DNA of 63,231 nt, filler included, from Perkinsus chesapeaki ATCC PRA-425 (GCA_013115145.1; 5 parts of 5 records of this genome joined end to end with filler, not necessarily neighbours in it), one strand, 5' to 3'. Positions 1-11,700 are shown, numbered from the whole stretch's first letter. A program made the numbers and translations. Notes: generated by a model from the letters alone, not told the origin.

Positions 1-136
1 TGTACTTTGTAATAATGTTATTAATCATTATTACTGTTGTACTTTGTAATAATGTTATTAATCATTATTACTGTTGTACTTTGTAATAATGTTATTAATC
101 ATTATTACTGTTGTACTTTGTAATAATGTTATTAAT
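1..136. repeat. AT-rich tandem repeat, 37-bp unit, about 3.7 copies
   Basis: Unit tgtactttgtaataatgttattaatcattattactgt starts at 1, 38, 75 and 112 (last copy partial). Confidence 0.95.
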
Positions 137-1130
137 TAGGTAATTCAATAACACCATCTGCATTAACTACTCTGTCATCTAATATAGAGGTAGTAATAAT
201 AATATTAACATCATCATTGGTTGTTGTTGTTATTATATAGGGCATTATATGTCAACTTGGTGATAATATTATTAATGATAAAATAACATCAATATTATAT
301 AAAGAAGGTCCAGTCAGTGGTCTATTATCATTAACAACAACAACAACAACAACATCTACAGATTATTACGATAATAATGTCAAATGTAGTAATAAGAATA
401 ATAATAACAATATTGATGAATATGTTGGTAATGATGATGATCATGATGATGATGCTTCTCGTAATACTCTAATTGATGGTAATATGTAATAGTAATGGAA
501 TAATAATGGATTTTACTAATAGAATATGTTAACAATAATAAAAGAAGAAGGATTAATGCTGGATGTGAAGAAGAAGAAGAAGAAGAAAAAGGTGGAGGAT
601 CATATACAAAAAACGGCGGTATCATCGTATACCGCCACCACCACCATATCACACTAGAAGATGTTATCAGTGCTAATATTACCAATGATGTTGATTAGTA
701 TTATTATTACTATTACAAGGTACGTTAAAAAGTCTTGGTTGGTCGATACCTGATATGTCTAACTTAACACCACCTTCAGAGCCTGTAATAGTAATATTTA
801 ATAATAACAAAAACAACCCATTCATAATTGTTAGACTATACCTTTACTTGTTCATGAGAGGAAATCAACAACAACAACCACAAACTCCACAACATCAATA
901 ATCGGTGGAACAACGGGGGGTAAGGAGGAGATGGCTATACTTGTTATATCATCGTCATCATCACTCAATATTTAGGAAATCGTAATATAGGAGGAATGAC
1001 TATGCGGAAAAGGGTAATAGTAAATGCTACTATAAAAGGGGTTTTATATCCTTTTTAGCATCCAATGCCACGTTACTAATAATAGACAAGTAATTATACC
1101 AACTTGTGCAATATTATTATTTCCTTGATC
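137..1130. other. AT-rich low-complexity region with (CAA)n, (GAT)n and (GAA)n microsatellites; possible fragmented exons
   Basis: Triplet runs at about 330-350, 430-455 and 568-590. No interpretable protein; ORF 380..685 is a low-complexity by-product. Confidence 0.4.
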
Positions 1131-1503
1131 AGGGGTTATCTTTTGTTGTAAAATTTTTCGAGTGTACGGAATGAAAGTGTACAGATACACTTGTGTGAAA
1201 AAAGTGTGGATCGAGATTTTGGTGTATGAAATTGGGGTGAACAGAATGAAAGTGTACGAACTTTTAGTGTACTGAATGCAAGTGTACCGAGCTTATGGAT
1301 ACGAGATAATAGTGAACGTACTTTTAGAAGTCGAACTACCGATGATCTGAATAGGAGTGAACGAGCTGACTGTGTACGTGTTTCAAGCAATCGAGTTGAG
1401 TATGAACGTGATTTATGGAGGTCAAACATTAAGTGTACGTGTTTTATGTGTACCAATCGTTAACATCCCACTAGGATTACTATTGTAAAAAACACACCAA
1501 CGC

Positions 1504-1827
1504 ATGCAATATTGCGAGGTCCAATCGGCCCGATTGGTCGGGGTATTAAAACCCTGCCTTGATTCTGGACGGTTGTTTACAGGTATGAACAGTTGTAAGG
1601 TGGTGAAACTTAGTAAAAAAGGTTCCCTTTGCTACAACTGTGGAAAATACCACAAAGTCGGCGGGCCTCATAAATGTCCCTTCCAGTCTGCTTGCGGAAG
1701 ATGTGGAGAAGCACATGCCTTAGAGGCTTGCCCTCACCCAAAGTACTACAAAGGTGCTACCCGCACATGCACGAACTGCAAAGGGGCACACAGTGCCCTA
1801 GAATTCAAGTGCCGTCCTATATGGTAA
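1504..1827 (+). CDS. LINE ORF1 (gag-like) C-terminal zinc-knuckle region
   Basis: CYNCGKYH..., CGRCGEAHALEAC (CX2CX3HX4C) and CTNCKGAHSALEFKC (CX2CX3HX6C), the triple-knuckle pattern of I/Jockey/R1-type ORF1. Confidence 0.8.
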   Translation: MQYCEVQSARLVGVLKPCLDSGRLFTGMNSCKVVKLSKKGSLCYNCGKYHKVGGPHKCPFQSACGRCGEAHALEACPHPKYYKGATRTCTNCKGAHSALEFKCRPIW

Positions 1828-1914
1828 AATATAGAGTCCAGTACCATGGAAATTGAAGATGCCGTCAATTCTCTAGACACCTCTGTCGGGAATAGTCGGC
1901 GGAGGTAGCCAATA

Positions 1915-2602
1915 ATGGCCCATCAAAACCCTGTCGGTTCATCAAAACTGATTCAATTCTCATCGCTCAACTGCAACAGAAGTTGGGGAGTCTTTGATGA
2001 CATGCTAACCTCCATCAGTCAGGGTGGAGATCCTTGCATTCACACCATTCACGTCATCCAAGAACCACCGTCATCTCTCGGGGACACGCACACCTTTCAC
2101 ACTGTAGTAAAGAGCCTACCCAATCCATTAGCTCGACCTGGGGCCAGACAATGGTCAAGAAGTTGCATACTGATACCATCTCAAATAAAAATCACGGGTC
2201 TTATCCAAAAACCGGACCTGGTAGCTGTAGATCTCCTTGTATCCGGAGCACAGAACGCCACAACATCCGTGAGAGTTGTCTCTTTTTATGGAGATAAACT
2301 CATTGACAGCAGGCTAACCACAGAGGTCATTTCAGACGCATGCAAGGATGCCGAGTTAGCAGTCCTTGCAGGCGATATTAATGGAACGTCACTGTTGTGG
2401 GCCCCTTACTTACCGGGTAACCCAGCCGACATACGCCGGTCTAGAGCCATCCCTCTCGAGGGAATGCACCTCCAACAATGCTTTCGGGTCTATAAACCAC
2501 CAACTGCCACCTTCTCTGCATCCCAAGGTGACTCGTTCATAGATGTGTTATGACTCAGTAACGCGATGTCAAGGGAGATGACGGAAGTACGGCTCCGAAG
2601 AG
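1915..2602 (+). pseudogene. LINE ORF2 apurinic endonuclease domain, premature TGA at 2551-2553, cut before the SDH motif
   Basis: Motifs SLNCN, VIQEP, VVSFY, LAGDING, PTATF and SFIDV. The frame continues LSNAMSREMTEVRLRR after the TGA, up to the putative LTR edge. Confidence 0.75.
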
Positions 2603-2748
2603 TGTAAAAAAAGAGAATGTATGAGAGGGGAGCCGGGTCTTAAGCGTCACGCAGGTGTCTGCGACGCGAGCGAGTACAGAGTCTGCAGTAGCGCATGCCC
2701 GTTAACAGATGGCCAAGCACAGGACAGTGCCGAAAGCGGGTCGGCACA
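2603..2748 (-). repeat. Putative 3' LTR (about 146 bp)
   Basis: On the minus strand it begins TGTGCCGA right after a purine-rich tract (cggccgggagaa, 2749-2760) and ends ...TTTACA at 2603, where the LINE frame stops. The second LTR is not in the contig, so this is unverified. Confidence 0.45.
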
Positions 2749-2825
2749 TTCTCCCGGCCGGCAAGTAAGAAGGACGCACAGGTCGGAAAAGTAGAAAGAC
2801 AGATGGCAATGCAAGGAATCAGATA

Positions 2826-4556
2826 TCATTGATTTCCCGTCTTAGTAGGAATCAAATTGAGTAAAGGTTGAGATATCATTTTGCCAGTAGCTAGCTCTTT
2901 AAGAGAGAAGACTCCGCCAGAGATGTGCGTAACCAAGTAGGGACCGCGGGCCAAGTCTCCGAGTTTCCCCGGAGAAGGAGTACTTAAATATACAGTATCG
3001 CCGATAGCCACAGAAGTCGCTTTGTCACCGACACGTAGGCGAGTGCGCTCTCGGTCGTCTTCCCACGCGTCTCTTAGCTGAACATTAGCTGGACGAGAAG
3101 ACGTCGAACAGGACTGGTCGTAACCGTAGGTGTGAAGTAGATCCCAAGAGCTGAGGGAACCCCAACGCAGACGCGAGTTACTGAGAGACACAGCTTCTGC
3201 AACGAGGGTGCGCCAATCCAGCTTGTTCTGGGTGGCACGAAGAACTCGGATCTTCTGATTTAGAGGACCATGACTGCGTTCCCATTTTCCGCCATACTGC
3301 GGACTGCCAGCAGGAACTAAGTGATGCTGTATATTTCTCTTGATGAGGAAGACCCGGAACGGGGAGCTGATGTAAGCAGAACCACGGTCGCTACATACCC
3401 GTCGAGGGAACCCATTACGAGAGAAGATGCGCCGGCACGCCGTAATAAGATTAGGAGCATTAGTTGAGCCTACGACTTCAGCATCGACAAAACCGGTGAG
3501 CAGACATGTAGCTACAACGAGGAACTTTGCACGGTCCCCGTTTCCCTCGTAAGGGCCACAGTGGTCGATCCCAATAGAGCTCCATGGCTTACGATCAGAA
3601 GAATAGACCCCAGAGGCTTGCAGAGCGTGCGAACGAGGTTTATTTTTGATACATATGCCACATGCCTTCACAACAGAGCCGACAAGACGTCTCAAACCAG
3701 ACCGATGATAGCGTCGGACTAAGTCGCGGTAGGTGGCTCCTACCCCACCATGATGCAGATTATGGGAGGACCTCACAATGATCTTTTGCAAGAGGACATG
3801 CTGCTGAGGAACGATAATTTGGGAGTGGAGATTCCCATCCACGTAGTGACGGCAGCGTCGAACCACGAGACCATCCGAATCGATGCTGGAGAAGGGGGAA
3901 AGTAATAACCTGTCGACGCCGAAGTGGGTCTGGGAGTCCCGAACAGTTAAAGTTAGAGCCGTGAGCAGGTGAGGGTCTTGCGCTACGTCAACGTCAGTAT
4001 CTCTATCACCAAGATCTACTGCAAGAGTTTGCCAGGACCGGAAGGCCGAAGCCAACAAGCGATAACCATATAGAGTTGTTGGGATGACCATCGCTTCATC
4101 GTAATCAGCTGGCACTGAGGCGCTGCAGATCGTATGGATCAGAACCGTCGGCACCTCAGTAACTTCGATCCGACGGCTATCAGCTCCATCCTCAGGGGCG
4201 CAGGGAGGCGACGCTTTATTGACTTTGCAGGCTGCTTGAGGCGGTTGTTGAACTTCGAAGTCAGATGGGAGTCGGTACAAAGTAGGGATGGAACCAAGCG
4301 ACTGTGGCGGGGCTTCTGAGGTGTAGTCACGCAGAACCGCATAGAGTCTGTCGGACTTCTCGGAGGGGACTTTACCACGTGAAGCAGCATCAGCGGGGTT
4401 CCAAAGACCGGATAGATGAGTAACCAATGTGCAGATTCTCGCTGTTTCGAGGCGATGAAGACAGTTCTTGATAAACAAAATACGGCGGATAGTGACCAAG
4501 TCGTTCATGGACGTGGCAACCGTAGGGGTGACGACGCAGACGGGCCACGTTCGCAC
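2826..4556 (-). CDS. Retrotransposon pol, end of RNase H plus integrase
   Basis: 576-aa ORF with HX3H...CX2C zinc motif (HNLHHGG...CGIC), D (GIDHCGP), D (SDRG) and E (KWER) catalytic motifs. Confidence 0.9.
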   Translation of the reverse strand: MRTWPVCVVTPTVATSMNDLVTIRRILFIKNCLHRLETARICTLVTHLSGLWNPADAASRGKVPSEKSDRLYAVLRDYTSEAPPQSLGSIPTLYRLPSDFEVQQPPQAACKVNKASPPCAPEDGADSRRIEVTEVPTVLIHTICSASVPADYDEAMVIPTTLYGYRLLASAFRSWQTLAVDLGDRDTDVDVAQDPHLLTALTLTVRDSQTHFGVDRLLLSPFSSIDSDGLVVRRCRHYVDGNLHSQIIVPQQHVLLQKIIVRSSHNLHHGGVGATYRDLVRRYHRSGLRRLVGSVVKACGICIKNKPRSHALQASGVYSSDRKPWSSIGIDHCGPYEGNGDRAKFLVVATCLLTGFVDAEVVGSTNAPNLITACRRIFSRNGFPRRVCSDRGSAYISSPFRVFLIKRNIQHHLVPAGSPQYGGKWERSHGPLNQKIRVLRATQNKLDWRTLVAEAVSLSNSRLRWGSLSSWDLLHTYGYDQSCSTSSRPANVQLRDAWEDDRERTRLRVGDKATSVAIGDTVYLSTPSPGKLGDLARGPYLVTHISGGVFSLKELATGKMISQPLLNLIPTKTGNQ

Positions 4557-5502
4557 TATTGTCAGTACAGATGACCAGCGTTGAGACCGGACTATGATCG
4601 AGGCTCTCGGCTATGTGCTGGGCGCACCACAAGACCGAAGAAGCTAGCGCATCCAGCTCCAGCTTTGGCGCAGAACGCCGAGTACCCGTGGCCTCATGCA
4701 AGTAACCTCGTCCTGCGATACGAGCACCGAAGGCAGTAGTGAGAATAGCGGCACCCGCCATGTCAGAGCTGTCCACGAAGAGGAATAGCAAACCAGAGTA
4801 GGGCTCATGTGCCGAACGTAGGAGACGAGGTACCCTCAGAGGACGGTTGTTGACGCTCTTCTCCCATTTGACAAGCGACTGAGAGTGATCGGGTCGTAAG
4901 CGACCTGAGGGACCAATCTCTTGTCGTATTTGGCGCAGAAGAAGGCGAAGCTGCACGTTGTATTCTAAAAGGAGACCAAGAGGATCGAAGAGAACTCCGC
5001 TGTACCGCCGTAGATCCATGGCGGTATGAATTCCTTCTGCAGACGTCCTGACGGGTCTTACCATGAGAGTATCATCGGATGGCGACCAGAGCATACCGAA
5101 ACAAGGATGAGTTAGGGCCCTGCTCGAGGAACGGCGTTCAGGGAGAGATGACACGAGCTTTTGTGGATTTTCTTCAAAACCTCTTCTGGCAAGGTGAGGC
5201 CGTAGTTGGGCATGTAGGTCTCTGAGCTCCGCTGGAGAATCCGCTCCTAAGCTAATGTCGTCCATCAACAGTCGGTAGTGCTTCGACGGTATTGCCGCTT
5301 CCTCCATCAGAGTGCAGAGGCTTCTCACTAAGGCGTGAGGACTGCATGGGCAACCGAACAAGACTCTGGTAAAGAGAAAGGGTTTCTCATCCCACCAGAA
5401 TGCCATACGGGTGCATAACGATTGGTACACATAAATTAAGTACACATGAAACTCGTACACGGAATTTTTGACTTTTGACTGGTACACCAAATTCCCGTAC
5501 AC
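4390..5502 (-). CDS. Retrotransposon pol, reverse transcriptase plus RNase H (5'-partial)
   Basis: RT motifs FG..SP and xMDD; Pao-type FDPLG, FxDxS, KLEL and TD motifs. A +1 frame offset to the integrase ORF lies near 4500-4556. Confidence 0.85.
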   Translation of the reverse strand: MYGNLVYQSKVKNSVYEFHVYLIYVYQSLCTRMAFWWDEKPFLFTRVLFGCPCSPHALVRSLCTLMEEAAIPSKHYRLLMDDISLGADSPAELRDLHAQLRPHLARRGFEENPQKLVSSLPERRSSSRALTHPCFGMLWSPSDDTLMVRPVRTSAEGIHTAMDLRRYSGVLFDPLGLLLEYNVQLRLLLRQIRQEIGPSGRLRPDHSQSLVKWEKSVNNRPLRVPRLLRSAHEPYSGLLFLFVDSSDMAGAAILTTAFGARIAGRGYLHEATGTRRSAPKLELDALASSVLWCAQHIAESLDHSPVSTLVICTDNSANVARLRRHPYGCHVHERLGHYPPYFVYQELSSSPRNSENLHIGYSSIRSLEPR

Positions 5503-5512
5503 TCAAATCTCT

Positions 5513-5612
5513 NNNNNNNNNNNNNNNNNNNNNNNNNNNNNNNNNNNNNNNNNNNNTTAATTAATTAANNNNNNNNNNNNNNNNNNNNNNNNNNNNNNNN
5601 NNNNNNNNNNNN
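5513..5612. other. Artificial contig-join spacer (N + TTAATTAATTAA + N); the same at 29785-29884, 56892-56991 and 61761-61860
   Basis: Identical 12-mer with stops in all six frames embedded in 100-nt N blocks. Confidence 0.95.
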
Positions 5613-5747
5613 CCATGCTACGACGCATTCATCCCCACACGTCTCTTGCAGCCTATCCTTGACTCTGCTGTTGAAATCGACGAAGTTGTCTCCACTGACC
5701 AGCGTTGCGGAGGTCACGGCGAGAGCAAAGAGGATAGAGCGAGCCAT
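5613..5747 (-). CDS. N-terminus of a secreted protein (signal peptide), truncated by the gap
   Basis: MARSILFALAVTSATLVSG/DNFVDF... is a classical signal peptide pattern. Confidence 0.6.
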
Positions 5748-6026
5748 GAGTGTCTAGTTGAGATGTGCGAATATACACTGCAAGGGAGCAGGAGAGCTTG
5801 GGATGATCCATTATGGGGTAGTGATAAGCGCCAAACGAAACCTCATAGCATGGCCTTTGTGTGTATCACAGTCGGTATTAGCTTTCTCAAAGTTGGAGGA
5901 AAGACGCACGAGCGAGGGGCCAGTGTTAGGATCCCTAGCTTATCACTCGGCTTCAAAAGTATCTCGTATCCTTATTAACTGTATCCAACGTACAACTCAT
6001 CCAGCAGCTTACTACTTTACGTGTAT

Positions 6027-8710
6027 TTATTCAAGCGTGTCACAGGTCGCTTCGCGTAACTTGCTCAAGAGTCCATAAAGCTTCGAGAAAGGTAGGAGTG
6101 CACTCTTCTTCCAGCGAGGTCGCTGGTCTTCTTCAAGAATCTTGCACAACGGCTCAACATACCTAGTTTCTTGTGAGATCAGCCTGAGGATACGCCAGAA
6201 ACGTATATCTTGGCGCGTTGTTGCAGTGGAAACTGCTTGTCGGAGGAAGTTGGATAGAAGTGATGCTTAGCTCTCTTCCGTCATGGTCTTCAACCAGTCT
6301 CAAACATCGCGCAACTGTGCGTCCTGTATGGTCAGCCTAAGAGTACGACGGAAGATATCACTGCGAACACTTTCATGCACAATTAAGTGTCCCAACTGCT
6401 TCACAAAGTAACAACTGAGAGCAAAAAAAGGGTGGAGAGGATGAAGGTTTCCTCGACACAGGCCGTAATCGTCCTCAGAATCGCGTCCTAAGGCGTGTCC
6501 TTCTGGGAATCTTACGCGCTTAACCTAAAAGATACGAATGGGGATGCCTGAAGATGGCACTGGACACCAGGAGCCCGCTCAAGTGCTCTGCGTTCAAGAG
6601 TTAGTGAGACTCGGAACTCGGAACGGTTGAGCACTTGAACGGGCACCAGGAATAGCTCCAGATCGGGCCACAATGCTTGCACATGCAGATTAAAAGAATG
6701 AGGAACATGTTCCTTGATGGAAATGACATCCTTCAGGAATGGGTTTGATCGATTTCAAAATCTCGCACAGCTATCCGACCTGCGGAGTATCTTGCACGCT
6801 TGACCTAAAGATACGCCGAAAGATATCCGCGCGCAGTTGTCAGACAAGAAGTGTTTAAGCTGGCATGGGTGAGCCGAAATGCTAGCAAGCGTCCATCTTA
6901 ATAGTAGTAGCTCCTTTCAGATCATTTTACAGTGTCTGTGTAGGAGATGGAAAAGCTCGATTAAACAGAGCTTGATAGGAATGACTCGAGTTTTTGATCT
7001 ATTTCGAGACGGTTGCGCTACTAATCGTCCTGTCTGATAGCTTACGTTCCAATCAGTACCTACTTTGTGATGAGTGAGTACGCTTCCTACTCTGCTGCAT
7101 GGACTTCTTTCGTAAGACACTACAGAATACGAGTGAAGTGGGTCATTTGAACCGAGCGTCGACCTCCGAAATCGTGATAGTTTCCAGAAGACTCTGAGGA
7201 GATCGATTTACTCGACTGACAGTCAGTTCAACTTGTAGTTGATTCTCATATGTATCTCGGTGCTGGCTCTCGAACGAAATGATCCTATATTCTTGCCCAT
7301 ACCGCGACTAAGAAGAACTCAACTGCTGGTTCCATTGCTGAAATATGGTAAATGCACGGGATATGTGCTAGGCTAACTCTCAATTTTTCTGCTGCGAAGG
7401 ATCAGCGAGGAGCTGCCCGACGAACTTGCCGTTCTGAATGTGGAGGCCGCATGCCTCGCCCTGGACAAGGTCCTCAAGTTGCTCGCACGACCCACCGACA
7501 AGCTAAAAAGAAAAAAGTCAACGCATTGATGAGTAGGTAGACACAAACGTTTCCGTCAGGTGCCTGAAGTGCTCACTTGAAGGGCCATGGCTGCGAGGCC
7601 CATAGCGTGTCCGAACACAACAACAGTCTCGGTCTCCTCAGGCAATAGCTCGCATATCTTACCGATGGCGATAGAACCATAATTGTCTACGATCTTTCTC
7701 GACTCGGAACTAAAAGAAGTATACTACCCGCAGCGGGTAACCCGCTTCTCAGTCCACTAGCTAAAACATGCTCCACGACTTTTATATTTTTATATTTTAT
7801 ATTTATCTACTTACGTCTTTCGGTATTCCTTCAGCGGAGCATAGCCCATCTTTTGGAAAAGGCCATCGAAATCGGATGCTTCGATAATGCCTTCCCAAAT
7901 GTACCTGACAAACACGACACTTGCTTCATGCACGTGATCAGCTAGAGCATAGCAGGAGTGAACGTCGCTTACGGGCAAAGCCTGAATTCTGTGTTCTCTA
8001 TGGTAACTGTATCTTTCTTTTCTCCATCAAAGTCACCCTTGCCGCCAAGAATGGCATCAGCGGTTTGCAGACAACGGGTCGCAGGAGAGGAAACGAATGC
8101 GACAGGCCTGCAAACAGTACATCGATAGCAGGATTCAAGGATTGAAGGAATCCCTTCGTAATCAAGAGACTGTTGGGCTACTTACTTCGGTGATTTTTTC
8201 ATGAAATCGATGAAATAGCTCTGACGCGATTTAGAAGCCAAAGCTTTACCCTCATCACTCAACACCTGGCACACATGTTTGTTTCGGGACACAACTCTGA
8301 CGTTACTCTCTTTTTATCAGCTTCAGGACTGGGATCAGCAGGTCTGGGGGCTTTGCTGTGACGAATGAAAATCCAGTTTGACGGACAGGTCATGATAAAT
8401 ACAATCGGGTTCGACTAGCAGGCCAAATCATCGAGTTTCAACTAATTCATTCGTATGATCAGTGCTACTCTGTGGCCCATGACGTTATGTTGTGTTCTAA
8501 GCGTCACGAGTCAGGGGGAGACAGAGCGACACAAACGGTATCTAAGATTTCCCTACGCTGTGTTACTGTATGATGCAAGCTGTCTCTTCTCACCGGTGTG
8601 CCCGTATTTATCTGAAAATAGGTTTCGTTCGCTCAGGAGTGCACAAGAGATTGTCGTTTCTAGAGTCGACGGAATAACTACCCAACGCGTAGTTATGTGC
8701 GCATGCTGTA
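6027..8710 (-). CDS. Multi-exon hypothetical protein (approximate bounds)
   Basis: Manually spliced open exons such as YIWEGIIEASDFDGLFQKMGYAPLKEYRK, YGSIAIGKICELLPEETETVVVFGHAMG and DVISIKEHVPHSFNLHVQALWPDLELF. No family recognised. Confidence 0.35.
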
Positions 8711-8753
8711 GCATACCATAACCTCGGCTCAGTGCCGTCTGAGTCTTCTTGCA

Positions 8754-11700
8754 ATGCCCCGCGGTATCGACTATAGGTGGTCGGAAGACTCGAAGAACGT
8801 TTGCATAACATTTATGGGAATAGTCGGTGCAAACCTGCAAAACTTGGATGTGGAACTCGCAGGTCAGCCCTACCTCTGGACCACAGGGTGCGTTCCGTGC
8901 CTGCTTCCCAGTGGCTATAATAAAGGACGGTACTCTCGAACTCAACTCTCTGCGTTGACCACGAGTCGCTGTTCTCCCATTTTCTATCGGACTCAGTCGC
9001 TCAGATGTATTCCTCAAAGTAAATCACGCTCCAACCAAACAACTACAAGTAATCGATTTACATGATTCAGTTGACATCTCTAAAGCATCTACCGTTATTC
9101 ACGGTTCATCGGTGCAAGTTCAACTCGTTAAGTGAGCATCAAATCCCATGCATTCCTGCGCATGCTCCATTCAGGTCATCAGCGGCTCTCTGGGGTAATT
9201 TAGAATATAACGGAGAGAATGTAGCTCATACCAAAGTTAGCTAACACAGTTTATTGACAGGTAAAGGAGCGACGCTCTGAGAGTCTGGTTCGGGCGAAGG
9301 CCTTTGAGAAGGCTCGTATGGAATCAGCAGGTGTGCGCCTTGATGCTGATCCCTCTTGGTAACCAGCCCTGTAATCAGCGAAGGAGAAGCAAGAACAAGT
9401 TAAACATAGCGAACAGATGCAATGGAAGCAGGATAGAGAAAATCGAGAAATGTTGGAGAGAAAGAGACTCGACGTCAGGGACGCAACCCGCGACGGGTCC
9501 AAGAGGCAAATCTTTTCTAGGCCAAGACAGCTGCAGAGAGCCAGGTTTACGAGGACCTTGCAAGAATAAAATATACCCCCGGCGGTGAGGGCATCGAGGG
9601 GACCGGGCAGCACGCTCATCGTGAAGCTAACGGAGAGGCAATGAGCAAGACTCATCACGAAGAAACAGAGTCTGAGACCAGTCATATGGAAGAGCAAAAA
9701 ATAGTCGAAGTGTTCAGCTCCGATGATGAGAAGCTAGGCATGCAAGGCCTAGTCAAGAAGTGCCGATGTCTCCCCGCTTTCAGTGAAAAAACCTCAAGCT
9801 ACTCCGACCGCAGCAAAGATTTCCGAGGCTCCTATTCGTAATCAAGGTGAACAGTCAGTGAAGATAGGACTAGAGTTCACTCAGAGACGCCAGGTGGATC
9901 AGTGGTGTTTTAAGGAGATTCTACTGTCTCGGTAACCTGTTCAGATAGGGGTGCCTGCCCGAGACCGACCAGGGCGGGAAGCTCCCAGGCCCAGAGCAGG
10001 TGGGGAAGATGCCAATCGCATTTAGAAAAGATATTTGTTAGATGGCACTGGGATAAGAGGTGTGTCACATCGCTCGACTGAGGCAGACCTGGACGAGAAC
10101 TCTCCGATAATGCTGAAGAATAGAGGGGATAGGCTCATGAGCAATGGAGACTTCCGAGGAGCGTAGCCTGCTCCAATCTTTACGGAAGGTATAAGTCTAG
10201 TGGTTGTTCCAGGTACAATGCTTACACTTCTGCTCTAAGACAGTCAACCAGTGCGAAGTGCTTTGCTAACAGGGCACTCGCGGCGATGTACAAAATAGGG
10301 ATTACACTGGCGTTTTGTTTCATGAATTCTTCGGATTAAGGTACACTGGGCGGCTCTCATCAGCCTGTGAGGATTGTCGCCACGCTCTCGCGGCTTTGGA
10401 CCTTCAGCTGAAATATCAGAGTGCTGGCGTAGTAGGAGGCTCAGCAATGGAGTCCGAAGATGCTAAACGAACCAGGGTATTTCAGTGAATCACTTCAGCA
10501 AGCTGAACCCCGTCCGCGGATTTGGTCGCGTACAACCGTGTGATAGGCAATCGTCTATAGTAGACTCGCGGTGATGTGTCTCTGGCTCGGACGAACTGCA
10601 GGGGCCCTAGAGGCAGCCCTCAAAGCAGAGAACATCGCTCAGTCATGTGAGTCGTTCACTTCCGAGGCATAAAATTCGTTATTATTTTAGTAGGCATTTT
10701 GTTCTCAACTGAAGAGCGTCAGCTGCTATCGAATGATAGGCAGGAAATATCCAACTTAATTGGGGAAGTCTTACTGAAAAAAAAGGCGGCTGATGAACTC
10801 TACCGCCACAAGGCTCTGACCGAGGCAATTGGTGCCTATGAGGACCTCCTCTCTAGTAGACTGTGGGCTTATTTCAATAACTGGAGGACGGCAGACTCAG
10901 GCTCTAATGATAATCCTGTTCTATTGGCGAACCTGAGCCAATTCAAGCTGCAGCAAGGTGACTACCAAGAATCTATGAGGCTTGCCGACAAAGCATTGGA
11001 AACTAGTTGGAGCCTCCCATGTGTATGAGGCGGTTGAGTGGTGATCTGATGCCATAATGGGCTTCAGGTGAATCCAGTGGTCCCCGGTAAGTACGAAGAG
11101 CACCTCCATCAACTCCTCACGGATCCTCCGACGTTTAACGATGTGAGTTGGTGGCTGAAACCTCAGCATATCTGCCGTGTCTGTACACTGAAAGCCTGTA
11201 CCGCACAATATAGTATCCTTCGTAAATGTGATAGTCAGTAAATAGGTTGAAAATTCAAATACCTTTATTTTCTGTTTTATTCGCATTGTGCTGCATACAA
11301 TGTATGTCACACATACTTCCATGACGAAGTATCTCTCCTTCTTCAGTCAGCAGTAGATCCGACTGCAGCGCAATGGCTTATGAAACGAGAGGGTGAGCAA
11401 GATGTGGCTACACGTGTGGCTAACTGTTTGATCAGGATGTGATCTGTCGGAACTTCCCGAAATCCCTTCCGAGTTCGAGTGGGTCAGATCCGGTGGCCAG
11501 GAGAAGAACTGGATCGCTGTGAGTGGAACGTCTCTATCAGATAGGCGTCCATGGCATGCATTTTCACATAGGTGCGCAAGAAGCCATCCGAGAAGACAAT
11601 AGAAGAAATTAAGGTGTGTGTCGGAGAGCTTCAAGACTCTGTCACATCGAGAGTTCCTGCGGATATAAAGGCCGTTGCCGAGAAGCATGCTGAATCAGAG

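Larger units (their letters stand above)
1504..2602 (+). mobile_element. Truncated non-LTR retrotransposon (LINE): ORF1 zinc knuckles plus APE endonuclease part of ORF2
   Basis: Three Cys/His knuckles in ORF 1504..1827 followed by an APE-type endonuclease ORF at 1915..2553; no RT domain follows. Confidence 0.85.
2603..5512 (-). mobile_element. Bel/Pao-type LTR retrotransposon, 3' part (RT-RNaseH-integrase-LTR), cut by the contig gap
   Basis: Domain order RT, RH, INT. Motifs FTRVLFGCPCSP, LMDD, FDPLG, FVDSS, PKLELDA, NPADAASRG, GIDHCGP, SDRG, GGKWER. Confidence 0.85.

Noticed and set aside
1136-1456. GTGTAC/GAATGAAAGTGTAC-rich degenerate repeats (and GTACAC runs at 5420-5485)
   Set aside because: No consistent period or protein. 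The second patch lies at a contig end and may be low-quality sequence.
4520-4535. CCCCT at the pol frame offset resembling perkinsid mitochondrial frameshift motifs
   Set aside because: This is a nuclear element, and the CCCCT is not in the register used by that mitochondrial rule.
5557-5568. TTAATTAATTAA palindrome inside N runs (also 29829, 56936, 61805)
   Set aside because: Artificial six-frame stop linker. It also means gene neighbourhoods across these points cannot be interpreted.
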